A DNA stretch of 63,870 nucleotides, counting the filler, from Octopus bimaculoides (lineage: Eukaryota), in assembly GCF_001194135.2 (NCBI RefSeq). It is 7 parts of 6 records of this genome, joined end to end, with 100 filler letters (N's around TTAATTAATTAA, not from the genome) between each part and the next. Parts side by side here need not be neighbours in the genome. Positions count along the whole stretch, not along the records: positions 30,027 to 57,351 come from NC_068984.1; positions 57,452 to 60,761 come from NC_069003.1; positions 60,862 to 62,535 come from NC_068981.1; 4 more parts are not named here. One strand, given 5' to 3'. Position 1 is the first letter of the stretch. The number at the start of each line of letters is the position of its first letter. Of this stretch, positions 49,445 through 62,535 are shown in pieces. The translations under genes were made by a program, and so were the position numbers. The notes beneath the pieces are model-generated. The model ran no database searches and had not been told where the DNA came from. It worked only from the letters and a program-made list of their open reading frames with translations.

Positions 49445-50904
49445 NNNNNNNNNNNNNNNNNNNNNNNNNNNNNNNNNNNNNNNNNNNNNNNNNNNNNNNN
49501 NNNNNNNNNNNNNNNNNNNNNNNNNNNNNNNNNNNNNNNNNNNNNNNNNNNNNNNNNNNNNNNNNNNNNNNNNNNNNNNNNNNNNNNNNNNNNNNNNNNN
49601 NNNNNNNNNNNNNNNNNNNNNNNNNNNNNNNNNNNNNNNNNNNNNNNNNNNNNNNNNNNNNNNNNNNNNNNNNNNNNNNNNNNNNNNNNNNNNNNNNNNN
49701 NNNNNNNNNNNNNNNNNNNNNNNNNNNNNNNNNNNNNNNNNNNNNNNNNNNNNNNNNNNNNNNNNNNNNNNNNNNNNNNNNNNNNNNNNNNNNNNNNNNN
49801 NNNNNNNNNNNNNNNNNNNNNNAAAAAAAAAAAAAAAAAAAAAAAAAAAAGAAACAAAGAAACAAAGAAAAAAAGAACAAAGCTCTTTTGAAATTCTGAT
49901 ATTTAATCAAAACTGTACTTTCAAATATTATGGAAATGAACTTAGAAGATATTGCTTATTTTACCTCTTTTAATATATTTGACAGATATGATATGTTTTA
50001 TAGTTTCAGGAAATAAAAGATGAATTAAAATGATAAAACTTATTCACACACACACACTCACACACTACACTGTTTGCTGTTCAACCACCACCAAGGTTCA
50101 GTCAAAGTTATTTACTAATTTCGATTATTTTCATTTCTGTTTTCATTTCAGTTCAGTTCAGCCGCATATCTGTTTATATGTTTATTAATATACCTCTCTA
50201 CGTGCATATCTGTTGATAATTTTTCGTAACTAAACACTTTCAAACTTCGGACACTGGTAGAAATCCTCTACTCGACTACTCCGACAACTAGACTTCTCCC
50301 TCTATAGCTACGTATTGGGCTAGCCTACTTCATCGTCTGAGGACGTCGACACAACAAAGATAAAAGTGTAAAATCAACTTTTATATATCTATATTTAACT
50401 ATCTCTCCTCGATATATCTTTTAATGCATACATTTATAAATCTTCATGACATTGTTTCACTATGTTAAACATCTGGACTGCGCCTGCAATTTGAACGCAA
50501 AAATACAGAATAATAGAGACCGCCTCCACCCCCTCCTCCTCTCTCAACCCTTATTAGTTTCTCATTTCCCCTTCTTTCTTTCTCTGTATATAATTCACCA
50601 TTCAGGTTATTACCTCCCTTGGCGTCAGCGTAATACACGGACTAAACGGATAGTAACGCAGGAACGTAGAGAATAATATTATAGATTATGCATACATACA
50701 TACATACATACAAACATATTCAAATGCATTTGATTCATACACACTTGTAACTCCATACATTAAAGCAGTTAGCGTGATAACCCACCCATAGTTACACACA
50801 CGAGCAAAGCGATTGGTCATTTAATCTTCAAATAAGAATGAATACATCAATAAGGAAAGCATTATATATAAACGACAAACCAAGATCAAACCGAATTGTC
50901 GTTT

Positions 50905-51060
50905 TATTCTAGGCGAGGCTGTGTGGTTAAGAAGCTTGGATTCAGTCCCAGTGCGCAGTACCTTGGGCTAGTATCTTCTATCAACCTAAACCGATTTAAA
51001 GTCTTGTGAGTGGTTTTGGCAGGTGAAAACTGAAAGAATCTCGTCAGAAGCTCGTATAGC
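50905..51060 (+). mobile_element. SINE B 5' half
   Basis: ggctgtgtggttaagaagctt...ttcagtccc...ccttgggc...gtgagtgg. Confidence 0.75.
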
Positions 51061-51120
51061 GTATCCCATTCGATTAATGTAAAATTGTTTTTATTATAAC
51101 TGAACATAAAAACAAACATT

Positions 51121-51171
<51 letters not shown>

Positions 51172-52791
51172 GTATTATGTATGTATGTATGCATGTATGT
51201 ATTTATTTATTTATCTATCTATCTATCTATCTATAATATATATATAAAGGAATACATAAAAATGGGACAAGAGCGCAAAACATCCAGATAGTTAGATGAT
51301 ACAAAAAAGGGACAAGAAGAAACTAGGACGGGTCATTCGGAGTTTTCTTTCCTCAGTCGAGTTCCAGATTATCTTTGCAATTTCGGCTGGTTATATTCGA
51401 GATTGCTCCAATCTGGCCAACACCAAGGAAAAACTAAGCTAAGAGCACTAGATTCCTTGGAAGAAAGCAGTGAATGTATATGAAAACAAGGACGGAACAA
51501 AATCAGAGAAATGGTACGCAAATACAAATGCAAATAACAGGACATTAACAACAGGTGTCTTTCGACTAAGGACGAATTAAATTAAGTTGGCGGTGTGGAA
51601 GTGAAGCCTTACGGCAGGGAATAAGAGATGACAGTCATGGGGAGGATATAGATGTTGCACGGAAGTAGTCGAACCAAGAAAGAAAGGTCAGGCTTGACCG
51701 AACACCGGTCACGTGGAGAGAGAGGAGAAAGGTAGAGGCAGAAGGACAGAAGAATAGGGAGGGACGAGAAAAAAGAAAAGGGACCGTGAAGTGAAAGAAG
51801 AGATAAGGTGAGAATGAAGCCAGGAAATGTGAGAGAGAGGGAACGAAAGAAAGAAGAGTGGAAAGAACGAAGTAAGTGTGAAGGGGTTGACAGAAAGAAT
51901 GAAAAAATGAACGAATAAGAGAGTCGTACAAAATTTATATATATATATATATTTATNNNNNNNNNNNNNNNNNNNNNNNNNNNNNNNNNNNNNNNNNNNN
52001 NNNNNNNNNNNNNNNNNNNNNNNNNNNNNNNNNNNNNNNNNNNNNNNNNNNNNNNNNNNNNNNNNNNNNNNNNNNNNNNNNNNNNNNNNNNNNNNNNNNN
52101 NNNNNNNNNNNNNNNNNNNNNNNNNNNNNNNNNNNNNNNNNNNNNNNNNNNNNNNNNNNNNNNNNNNNNNNNNNNNNNNNNNNNNNNNNNNNNNNNNNNN
52201 NNNNNNNNNNNNNNNNNNNNNNNNNNNNNNNNNNNNNNNNNNNNNNNNNNNNNNNNNNNNNNNNNNNNNNNNNNNNNNNNNNNNNNNNNNNNNNNNNNNN
52301 NNNNNNNNNNNNNNNNNNNNNNNNNNNNNNNNNNNNNNNNNNNNNNNNNNNNNNNNNNNNNNNNNNNNNNNNNNNNNNNNNNNNNNNNNNNNNNNNNNNN
52401 NNNNNNNNNNNNNNNNNNNNNNNNNNNNNNNNNNNNNNNNNNNNNNNNNNNNNNNNNNNNNNNNNNNATTTGTTAAATCCGAAACTAGTTCCTGTTTAAT
52501 AATGCTTTTTTAGGTGATTTTAAATATCTTGCCCGCTCACGTTTTTGGTATGCTGCTATATTTCATGTTGAGAACAATTTAGGTCTTAATAGACACAAGA
52601 TGTGATCTATTTCTAGCGCATTAATTGTCCACGTTAGTGGTCGACGTTATTTTTTAAATATATATATATATATATATATGTTTGTTTGCATTTATACACA
52701 CATGGTTGGTCTATAATACTAAAGTATTTAGCGTCTAAATTCGGTGGTGAATTTGTCAGTGGGAAATTTAGCTTAACGATATAGTACTCAC

Positions 52792-52826
52792 CCAGAGTAT
52801 TTGACGGATAAGGCTTCGAGTTCCAT
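52792..52826 (-). CDS. Candidate first coding exon (MELEALSVKYS-G)
   Basis: caactATGG start context, donor GG|GTGAGT, TATAAA-like sequence ~100 bp upstream. Confidence 0.2.
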
Positions 52827-52967
52827 AGTTGGTTGTTGACAAATTTTTCCACTTTGTAAGGGTAACTTACTCAGTATTTCCGCTATCTAACGGCAATTCT
52901 GCGTTCGAAAAAATATATTATTTATATAGTACAATATGTGTATATATATACACACATACAAAGATGA

Positions 52968-53245
52968 TGATGGGCTAAAAAGTTCATAGGCTTCCTATGC
53001 AGGAGTGATGCTAGAGCTGTGTGAATGTTGCATAACCTAATTTCAGTTCTTATTAAAATTGCATTATTTCCAGGTAAACAGACATATGACTGTTCAAAGA
53101 AGATTTGAACAGTAACTAGTGGCGATGTCTCTTGAAAATGGACAAAATTTGGCATCGTATTTAACACGAACCCCCCCCCCCCCTCCATGAACATTCATGT
53201 TGACATAGGGTTGTTACATTAGGAAATAATGCCCCAGCTTAAATA
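52968..53245 (+). mobile_element. Mariner transposon 5' remnant
   Basis: TIR-like aaaagttcataggct; ATG at 53138 gives MDKIWHR; downstream acattcatgttgacat...ttacattaggaaataatgccccagct matches DIHxDM..TLG..AP of mariner N-terminal helix-turn-helix regions. Confidence 0.6.
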
Positions 53246-53463
53246 ACTGAAAGGAAAGCCAGAACAAAAGGTGAGATGGTTACATTTACAATATTTTTTA
53301 ACATGGGTGCTGTGATAAATTTTTTCTTCTTCCCAACCCGATAAAACAATCACTAAACTGAGTACTGCTTCACTTCAATCGACCAGAGCATGTCCATGAA
53401 ACATTTAGACATTTAGGCTAGCGAAAAATAGTAATAACAACAAATACTACTACTATTACAATG

Positions 53464-53526
<63 letters not shown>

Positions 53527-55084
53527 TCTGCTATTATTGTTACTACTACTTACAGAAGAAAACGAGGTAACCTCTATGCAGTCTCTCAATTTGCTTGAAG
53601 CAGTAGACAAATCTCCTTCAAATCACATCCAACCGTCAGAAAAAAAAAAAAAATAGAAGAAAGACATTAGGCAGTGTGGTAACACATGCACTATGTCTAA
53701 TTGAAAATATATAACGCAGTGGTCACGGTGGATACATATTGTTGTTCAATCAGAGTTTGTCTGGTTGTATGCAGAAATAACAGCAGCAGCAACAATATTA
53801 CAGTACTTCACTATATTGAATAAATGGAAGAAATAATAATTAACTTTCCGTAGTTATTATTGGAAGTGTAAACTGACAGCAACTAATATCTACGTCTGTT
53901 TTAACTTGAATTTTATCCTCAGCCAAGTCAACGTTATCTTTGTTTTCGTTAATCTGTGAAAACCGTTTCAGAATACGTTAGTGGATAGAAAGTATAAGAT
54001 ATATAATAACGTACGGTCTGTTTTTTTTACACAACTTTGTTATTTTGTTATCTATACATATAAATTTGACATGGGCGATTCTTTCTTGTCTTGGGATATT
54101 GCACGAAAAATTACACAGATGTGTTGAATGATCCGGTGGTGATGCTGAGCTTTGTATTTTTTTCATAGCTCCCATGGTTACCGAGATAATCTACTATACT
54201 AATACTCTTGTGTTCGTATAAAAGCGTGCTGTAATCAATATTTTTCTTCTTCCCAACCCGATAAAAGAACCACTAAACTGAGTACTGAGTTACTTCAATC
54301 GACCACAGCACGTCCATGAAACATTTAGACTTCTAGTATTGTTTTAATATTAGAAATCGATACAGGGAAGGGATTGGCAAAACAGTTAGTACGTCACTGT
54401 ATAGTTCCAGTCCTTTACATTCTAGGTCCAAATTATGTTGAAGTAACATTAGCAGCAGTCAACTACTGCAATCTGTTTAGTGGACTATAGAGGTCATGGG
54501 CAAAGTGCGGCTCGCCGGACTTGTTGAATGGCATGCCTTGCGAAAAATTAGGATGATTGTTTTTTTGTAGTACCCCCTCCCCGCCTCCACCCCGAGGGTG
54601 AGCCATGCCTAATTCAGCCCTCTAGTCGAAGAAGGTTTCCCGTGTCTAGATTATAGCCATTCCCAAAAGGCTTTTACTGTTAAATGAAGTCATCATTATA
54701 AATTGTTACAAATAACTTTAAAATTGCGGCAAAATTGTTAACAAAAGCGTTGGGTAATCGAAATGTCACGTGTAATTTAGTTCAAGGTAAATGTTTATAT
54801 ATAAGCATTTCATAACATGATATCGCATATCACTTGAAAACCAATGTGTCTCTGCTGGTATGTATGTCATAGGCTTGATGGCATTGCTCTTTGTGGTCGC
54901 TGGATAATGTGTTTTACTATATTTATTTCCATTTGTCTTTCTTTTCGAGCCCAACTTCAGCAAATGGCCGATTTCTTTCGACTAAGAACAATCAATACTT
55001 ACGATAGCCAAGTATTGATTGCACTTAATCAAAATAAATAAATAAAATTGAATGGAAAGTGGTGAGAGCCAAGGTGTAGAGCGA

Positions 55085-55235
55085 TATAGTTCTCGGTGTC
55101 AAGGCAGTTTTAGTACTAAGATAGTTCTAGTTATCATTGAAGCTGCAGTACCAAGGTTGCTCTCAGTAACAAAGCAGCTTCGGTACAGGGTAATTCCTGG
55201 TATCAAAACAGCCTCGGTACCAGGGTAGTTCTTAG
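55085..55235. repeat. Degenerate 18-bp minisatellite (CGGTACCAAGGCAGTTCT-like, ~8 units)
   Basis: Periodic ggta(c/t)ca..g(c/t)ag(t/c)t units. Confidence 0.6.
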
Positions 55236-56391
55236 CTGGCTGAAATCGCAACCCGACATCCATTACTTATAGACAGCTATTACTTATAGGGCGAATGACC
55301 ACTAAAAGCAGCGTTAGTAAACTTACGATATACATATCAGCAGAAGTACAGCACGGGTTTTCAGGTGAAATGCGATAAACTTTTAATGACATTTCTCTGC
55401 AATATCACGTTATAAAATGCTTCTCTATAAACATGCACCTAAAACTTAATTATGCGTGATACTTCAACGACAGAATTATTAAAGGAATTAAACTTTGACA
55501 CGTGAAGCTGAAAAGATTCACCATCACTGACTTACAGGCTCACTGATTGAAGAGTTTAAAACATTTGAGGTTAGATTTTCTCCAAATCAAATTTTTGGGA
55601 AGCAACACATTTTATTAATACTATTTAAATATAAAGGCATAATTTCTAGAGAAATAAAAGTAAAATTTCAACATTCATATGATGAAAAACAGCCTCAAGC
55701 GAAACGGATTCAACGAAGTCCGGGAATCGTAGTATTCACTACATGAATTTTAAGGCATATTGTTGCTTTAAAGGGGCTTTAGGAATTTAATCAATACATA
55801 TATCTCGTTATGTTCATTTTACAGATCCTAAAACGATGAAAGGTAAAATTTGTGTTTAGCTATAAATAGTCAATAGACCTAATAATATGATATCATCCTG
55901 TCCCCCATTCCCGAATGCTGCTATATCGACATATTTCAGCAGCGTATATAAATATAGAAATTTTCATGTATTACAACAAAAGATTATAAAGGAACGTATT
56001 AAATGTGCGTGCCAAGGGGTGGGCGAAATTTTTAATGTAAAATTTTGGAAGATAAGCATTGACAAATATAATTTTTAACTCCCCTATAACAATTATCTAT
56101 GAAACCATTATCATCACATTTTCCTCTGTTTCCTCTTCTACCTTTCTCGTCTTCTTCACTGTTTTAGAATAGTGACAGTGTCTCTGTGGGTTCGAAATTC
56201 TGAAGATCGTGCCAAGGTTCTAGGAAGGACACAGATAAATGGTTTCTCTTAGCTTCGATAAAGTTTACTCGTGATATCGAATTTGGCACTACAGTTTGCA
56301 CCGGCTAGAAACAAAATTGTTTCAACAATTATAAACGCGCGCGCGCACACACACACACGCACAGCTTTACATACATACATACATACATACA

Positions 56392-56772
56392 TTGTTGGCA
56401 CTCCGTCGCTTACGACGTCGAGAGTTCCAGTTGATCCGATCGACGGAACAGCCTGCTCGTGAAATTAACGTGCAAGTGGCTGAGCATTCCACAGACAAGT
56501 GTACCCTTAACGTAGTTCTCGGGGATATTCAGCGTGACACAGTGTGACAAGGCTGACCCTTTGAATTACAGGCACAACAGAAACAGGAAGTAAGAGTGAG
56601 AGAAAGTTGTGGTGAAAGAGTACATTAGGGTTCGCCACCATCCCCTGCCGGAGCTTCGTGGCGCTTTTGGTGTTTTCGCTCAATATACACTCACAACACC
56701 CGGTCTGGGAATCAAAACCGCGATCCTATGACCGCGAGTCTGCTGCCCTAACCACTGGGCCATTGCACCTCC
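56392..56772 (-). mobile_element. Full-length SINE C inserted in (CATA)n
   Basis: High identity to 38690-39074. (ATAC)n on both flanks. Confidence 0.93.
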
Positions 56773-57169
56773 ATACATACATACATACCTATACATGCAT
56801 ACATACACATGTATCTTAGTTATTTCCTCGTATACGAGTAAAGCCGTTGCTAGAAAGAATCACTGAAATGAATCATCGTTGATACAATGTGAGGCCCTTA
56901 TATGACTCTTGAACCCGGCTAAAGATTTGCACATTCCATTGCATAATGCACAGCTGTGCTGGCTGGCTGGCAGAAGGAGCAAGTGCCACAGTATCAACTC
57001 CTTTCACATGCCTTTTCAATCTTCCAGCTGAAAGGTGCAGCTTTCAACAGGCTGCACGTGTTCTGCTGTGAACAAAAGCCATATCACAATTTACAATGAG
57101 TTGATTCATGTGAGTTCTCTGATGGCTGACCAGGCCTGCACGACTCAAGCATTTCCTCCCACACATCAC

Positions 57170-57330
57170 AGGAGTGGCTGTGTGGTAAGTAGCTTGCTTA
57201 CCAACCACATGGTTCCGGGTTCATTCCCACTGCGTGGCACCTTGGGCAAGTGTCTTCTACTATAACCTCGGCCCAACCAAAGCTTTGTGAGTGGATTTGG
57301 TAGACGGAAACTGAAAGAAGCCTGTCGTAT
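57170..57330 (+). mobile_element. SINE B 5' half, low divergence
   Basis: caggagtggctgtgtggtaagtagcttgcttaccaaccacatggttccgggttc...ggcaccttgggcaagtgtctt...ggaaactgaaagaagcc, then (TA)n. Confidence 0.92.
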
Positions 57331-58055
57331 ATATGTGTATATATATATATANNNNNNNNNNNNNNNNNNNNNNNNNNNNNNNNNNNNNNNNNNNNTTAAT
57401 TAATTAANNNNNNNNNNNNNNNNNNNNNNNNNNNNNNNNNNNNNNNNNNNNTATTGCCCACGTATTGTAGGATGATGTTTTGATTAAAGGCGATGCAAAC
57501 GAGCATTAACTTTTTAGAGAACAATGAACCACTTGTAAGCTTTGCAGATGTTCACAAGCCTTATGTAATTCTCTTACAGAATAAAACAAAGTTTGTGCGA
57601 AGTAAAAAAAAAAACCCAAATAATATACCAAGCTGAATAAATGCTTTGTGTGAAGTCAGGATATGGTTGTTATGCTTCGTAAATACATATTGAAATCTAA
57701 CAAGCCGTTACATAAAATAAACTCGTAAACGCCATTATAGAAGATTTGTTGAGTAGCAAATATAGTATATGTCACAATTTCTTGAATATTTTCAAGTTAA
57801 CAAACACTCACTCAAGAATTCAGGGTCACAGTGGTACAAATGCTTTTTGTTTTCCCAGTAAAGAGAAAAAATGTACGTCATAATTTCGTTTTGTGCAAAT
57901 ATGCCATTAAAATTACCATTAATACACAATTAAATAGGCCATTAAAACATAGAAAGTCAAATAGATCATCAGTCATTAAAAACAAATTTGACCATTTGGA
58001 CTATTAAAAAGTAATAGATCGTTATATAAGAGGGTTCGAAACAAACATACCATGT

Positions 58056-58155
58056 AGGTGCAGGAGTGGCTGAGTGGTAAGTAGCTTGCTTACCAACCAC
58101 ATGGTTCCGGGTTCAGTCCCATTGCGTGGCACCTTGGGCAAGTGTCTTCTACTAT
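58056..58155 (+). mobile_element. SINE B head, ending where an unrelated element begins
   Basis: Matches the 57170 copy up to gtcttctactat. Confidence 0.9.
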
Positions 58156-58156
58156 G

Positions 58157-58320
58157 CCTTCACATTATTTATATTATTTACATTTGACGGATATTTGTCC
58201 TCATCTTGTTTGTTGTTAACACATTTCAGTTGATATACCCTCCAGCCTTCATCAGGTGTCTTGGGGAAATTTCGAACCTGGATTCTCATTCCTAAAGTAT
58301 TTTTCGATGTTATTATTATT
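58157..58320 (-). mobile_element. Short element with a decayed minimal hammerhead-like motif (PLE-terminus-like)
   Basis: Minus strand: gACAC-CTGATGA-A-GGCTG gagggtatat CAACT-GAAA-T-GTGT (58259-58219). Confidence 0.45.
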
Positions 58321-59723
58321 AGAAGCAAAATAATAATAATAAAAATAATAACAATAATAATAATAATAATAATAAAAAGAAGAGAGCCATTGTTATCAAG
58401 TAAACGATATTTCGGCATCTAGTGTACCCTTCACAGGTTCAAAAAATAAACTTGTCAATCTNNNNNNNNNNNNNNNNNNNNNNNNNNNNNNNNNNNNNNN
58501 NNNNNNNNNNNNNNNNNNNNNNNNNNNNNNNNNNNNNNNNNNNNNNNNNNNNNNNNNNNNNNNNNNNNNNNNNNNNNNNNNNNNNNNNNNNNNNNNNNNN
58601 NNNNNNNNNNNNNNNNNNNNNNNNNNNNNNNNNNNNNNNNNNNNNNNNNNNNNNNNNNNNNNNNNNNNNNNNNNNNNNNNNNNNNNNNNNNNNNNNNNNN
58701 NNNNNNNNNNNNNNNNNNNNNNNNNNNNNNNNNNNNNNNNNNNNNNNNNNNNNNNNNATATATATATATATATATACATACATGTATATATATATGTGAG
58801 TGTGTATATATATATGTGTGTGTGTGTGTGTATGTATGTGTGTATATATATGTGTGTGTGTGTATATGCCTGCTTTATTAATTACGCATGCTAGTAATTA
58901 ATTCTAAGATTATCGTAATTATTCTAAAATAAATCAATCGGCTTTGTATTCGACATAGAGTGGTTCCTTTGCAGCATTAACACAACAGAGTGTGCAAAGG
59001 AGCAGATCAGAACTGCTGCTGGCATTCATTCCCCCACCCACCTCTTAAAAATAATAAGAATTAGCTCTCATTTCATTGGATTAATAATTATATTAGTCCC
59101 TGGGGTTATAGAACATGGAGGGTTATGTAATAAGAAACATCTCAACTTGAGTAAATATCACATCCGATGGGTTTCTAATATTACTACAACTACAACTACG
59201 TGTGTGACCAAACGCCCAAGTGTGTGTGTGTGTGTATGTGTGTGGGAGCGTATGTACATGTGTATATGTGTACGCATTTCTGTGTATGAGTGTGTGAAAT
59301 GTGCTTATACATGCGGGTGTCTATGCACAAGAGAGGAAAGAGAAAACATTGTTTTATTTGAAATACGAGCCACTAGAGAAAGGGGCTGAAATGCATATAT
59401 ANNNNNNNNNNNNNNNNNNNNNNNNNNNNNNNNNNNNNNNNNNNNNNNNNNNNNNNNNNNNNNNNNNNNNNNNNNNNNNNNNNNNNNNNNNNNNNNNNNN
59501 NNNNNNNNNNNNNNNNNNNNNNNNNNNNNNNNNNNNNNNNNNNNNNNNNNNNNNNNNNNNNNNNNNNNNNNNNNNNNNNNNNNNNNNNNNNNNNNNNNNN
59601 NNNNNNNNNNNNNNNNNNNNNNNNNNNNNNNNNNNNNNNNNNNNNNNNNNNNNNNNNNNNNNNNNNNNNNNNNNNNNNNNNNNNNNNNNNNNNNNTATAT
59701 ATATATATATTTATTTATATGCA

Positions 59724-59763
<40 letters not shown>

Positions 59764-59940
59764 AATTTATGTTCAATTGAGTTCACACGCGCACACACTT
59801 ACATATACATGCATGTATGTATGTACATATGCGTACATACGTCACCAAAACGCATAAGTAACCATGCATGTCTATAAATACACCCTGCTGTGCATCCATG
59901 CAACAGCAACACACACAGTTACGGACGGATACACACGAGC

Positions 59941-59990
<50 letters not shown>

Positions 59991-59992
<2 letters not shown>

Positions 59993-60056
59993 CGCCGGGA
60001 ATCGAACTCACGGCCTGGTGATCCTGAACCCGATACTCTAACCACTAACTATGCTA
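59991..60056 (-). mobile_element. Isolated tRNA-like SINE head remnant (not a functional tRNA)
   Basis: A-box-like tagttagtgg and B-box gttcgattcc. No acceptor-stem or anticodon-stem pairing. Confidence 0.55.
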
Positions 60057-60569
60057 CTACAAGACAAAGATTAAACGGTAGAAAGAATCCTGTTCCCATA
60101 TTTTTCGGGGTATTCTCCATACACCCCTCTTCTTGTATTTAACGCCATTAACGAATTTACTGAACGAAGTTACAACTGGTTACACATTCTGTAGAACAGA
60201 TGATAACCCATTTAAAACAAGGGGCAACGTCCTACTGGAAACCCTGCGATTATTATACAGGAATCCAGTTCTGAATCTTTTAAGGAGTTCGGAGATTTGA
60301 AGAATGCACCGAAGCTACTCAAAGAAGAATCATATTAATTAAAAGTAAGAATGTTAAATTACACACAGACGTTGAAATTCGAGATGTTGGACGGATCTAC
60401 CCGTCTGAATTCTTAAGGGTAGATGAAACTGATAAGGCACAGATGTGATGAGGGATCATTCTAAAAGGGATTGAATCTGGCTTAATACGATAAGGAAAGA
60501 AATGAACTCAATTGCCACAAACAACAGAGAGGATTCTGCTCCAGTTCTTTTCTTCCTTTCTTCTTCTAC

Positions 60570-60761
60570 ATGTTTCAGTCATTTGACTGCGGTCACGCTG
60601 GAGCACCGCCTTTAGTCGAACAAATCGACCGCAGGACTTATTCTTTGTAAGCCTAGTACTTATTCCATCGGTCTCTTTTGCCGAATCGCTAAGTTACGGG
60701 GAGCTAAAGACACCAACATCCGTTGTCAAGCGACGGTGGGGAACACACACACACACACACA
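60570..60761 (-). mobile_element. SINE B 3' half
   Basis: tttcagtcatttgactgcgg...gcaccgcctttagtcg...gccgaatcgctaagttacgggg...ttgtcaagcg. Confidence 0.88.
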
Positions 60762-60987
60762 NNNNNNNNNNNNNNNNNNNNNNNNNNNNNNNNNNNNNNN
60801 NNNNNTTAATTAATTAANNNNNNNNNNNNNNNNNNNNNNNNNNNNNNNNNNNNNNNNNNNNTTCATTTTATTTTACATATGGCTTATGCAGAGAAGATGG
60901 GGCGGTTGGGTGGGATGGAGTAAGTTACTGTAAGACAGGAATCCGAGTCCCAAAACTTGTACTAGATATCTAAGGGCCAGCTATCGG

Positions 60988-61230
60988 TTTCTTATTTCTT
61001 ATTTCTTTATTGCCCACAAGGGGCTTACACGTAGAGGGGACAAACAAGGACAGACAAAGGGATTAAGTCGATTACATCGACCCCAGTGCGTAACTGGTAC
61101 TTATTTAATCGACCCCCAAAGGATGAAAGGCTAGGTCGACCTCGGCGGAATTTGAACTCAGAACGTAACGGCAGACGAAATACCGCTAAGCATTTCGCCC
61201 GGCGTGCTAACGTTTTTGCCAGCTCACCGC
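60988..61230 (-). mobile_element. Full-length SINE A, tail A ending in (GAAATAA)n
   Basis: Complete head-core-tail on the minus strand. The tail repeat appears as tttcttatttcttatttctttattg. Confidence 0.93.
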
Positions 61231-61409
61231 ATTTTACCGCACATGTTTCAGTCGGTCATTTCTTTCACAGTCTCTTTCTCTCTCTTCTCCTGCTCTATGT
61301 CTTCTCTCTCTCTCCCCCTCTCTCTCTTTCCGTCTCTGTCCCCCTCTCTCTCTCCCTCTCTCTCTCTCCCTCCCCCATTCTCTCTCTCTCTCTATAGACT
61401 TTAAGACTA

Positions 61410-61870
61410 GAATGAAACCCTATTCATCAAATTGATCTTCATTGGCAGAACTCCATATTACTCACCCAGCACACGCATCTGCCAGCTCCTATGCGAACGA
61501 CTGTACTTTCTCCACCAACTTACTGTATCTATCAACAGGAAATACCGACTATCTTAATGCTGCCATCGCACGTACGCACTCCTGGAGACCTTCAAATCAC
61601 TGGTAATCACGCGCACACACCCTTGACGGTATGTTTCTGTCGGCCTACAAGTCCTTTAAAGGCTCACTAAAAACTAAGACCCGACCAGCTTTCTGTTCAG
61701 TCATGCAGTCCAAAGAATTCTCCTTTCTAACGCATTTGGAATCGCTGAAATCCCGATTACACTTCTAACAACAACGTGTGATTCGCCTTCCAGTAGCCAT
61801 CTCTTCATTCGGTTAACCAAGCTTAAATCAGTTAGGCTTCTTTCTCTAAGAAGCTTGCGAAACTTTATGT
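61410..61870 (+). mobile_element. Decayed CR1-group LINE RT remnant
   Basis: SYANDCT (SYADDST), GDLQIT (DL..I..W), HLFIRLTKLKSVRLLSLRSLRNF (HI..L.K.AS.KLG.L.R...F), across frameshifts. Confidence 0.45.
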
Positions 61871-61897
61871 CGCATGGAGTTGAATCAAACTGTTTTA

Positions 61898-61946
<49 letters not shown>

Positions 61947-61976
61947 GTAATAATAATAATAATGATAATAATAATG

Positions 61977-62043
<67 letters not shown>
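61898..62043. repeat. Long (AAT)n microsatellite
   Basis: ~145 bp of nearly perfect AAT. Confidence 0.97.
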
Positions 62044-62535
62044 GAGACTACACCGGGGAAGTGAGACTACACCGGGGAAGTAGACTACACCGGGGAAGTT
62101 TAACATGCTCCGAAACTTATCCAAAAACATCGGAAATAAAGACATCGCATTGAGCCAAAAAATAGCTGACAAAGGGTTGGATTATATCCGAGTAAGTAAT
62201 ACTCATTGAAATTTATTTCTTCTTTCCAAATATAATGATGTATTTTAACTTGACACCTCCACTACCCGCACAGCGATCGTAAACACACGTGTTACATCAA
62301 AATCAAACCATCTTCGAACCCCAAAACACCATGTACAAAAAAATTACAAACAGATTAAATAACACCGGTATTATTACACCCAAGAATAACAACCGAGAAG
62401 TGCGTACTGTAAGCTTGTTACGAAAAAAATACGAAGATCTGAACGTGCAAAACAATCTAACAACAGAAATAAACGAACCGGTACCCTACGAAAACGATGA
62501 CTGTCAAAATAAAGGACGGGACGTTGTTCCTCATG
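62044..62535 (+). mobile_element. Possible PLE RT N-terminal remnant, starting at (AAT)n with a triplicated 18-19-mer
   Basis: LRNLSKNIGNKDIALSQKIADKG resembles the PLE L..L....DI.I..ADKG motif. EPQNTMYKKITNRLNNTGII resembles DP....kI...L...g.I. Confidence 0.45.

Noticed and set aside
51320-51365. Hammerhead on the minus strand (CTGAGGA...CCGAATGAC..GTC)
   Set aside because: GAAA box broken and no stem I pairing.
54488-54612. hAT-type MITE (gggcaaagtgcggc left end)
   Set aside because: The left end resembles hAT termini, but the right TIR is weak and no 8-bp TSD is found.
57028-57115. 82-nt segment with a strong acceptor and GTGAGT donor
   Set aside because: Stops in all three frames. At most a non-coding exon, with no further support.
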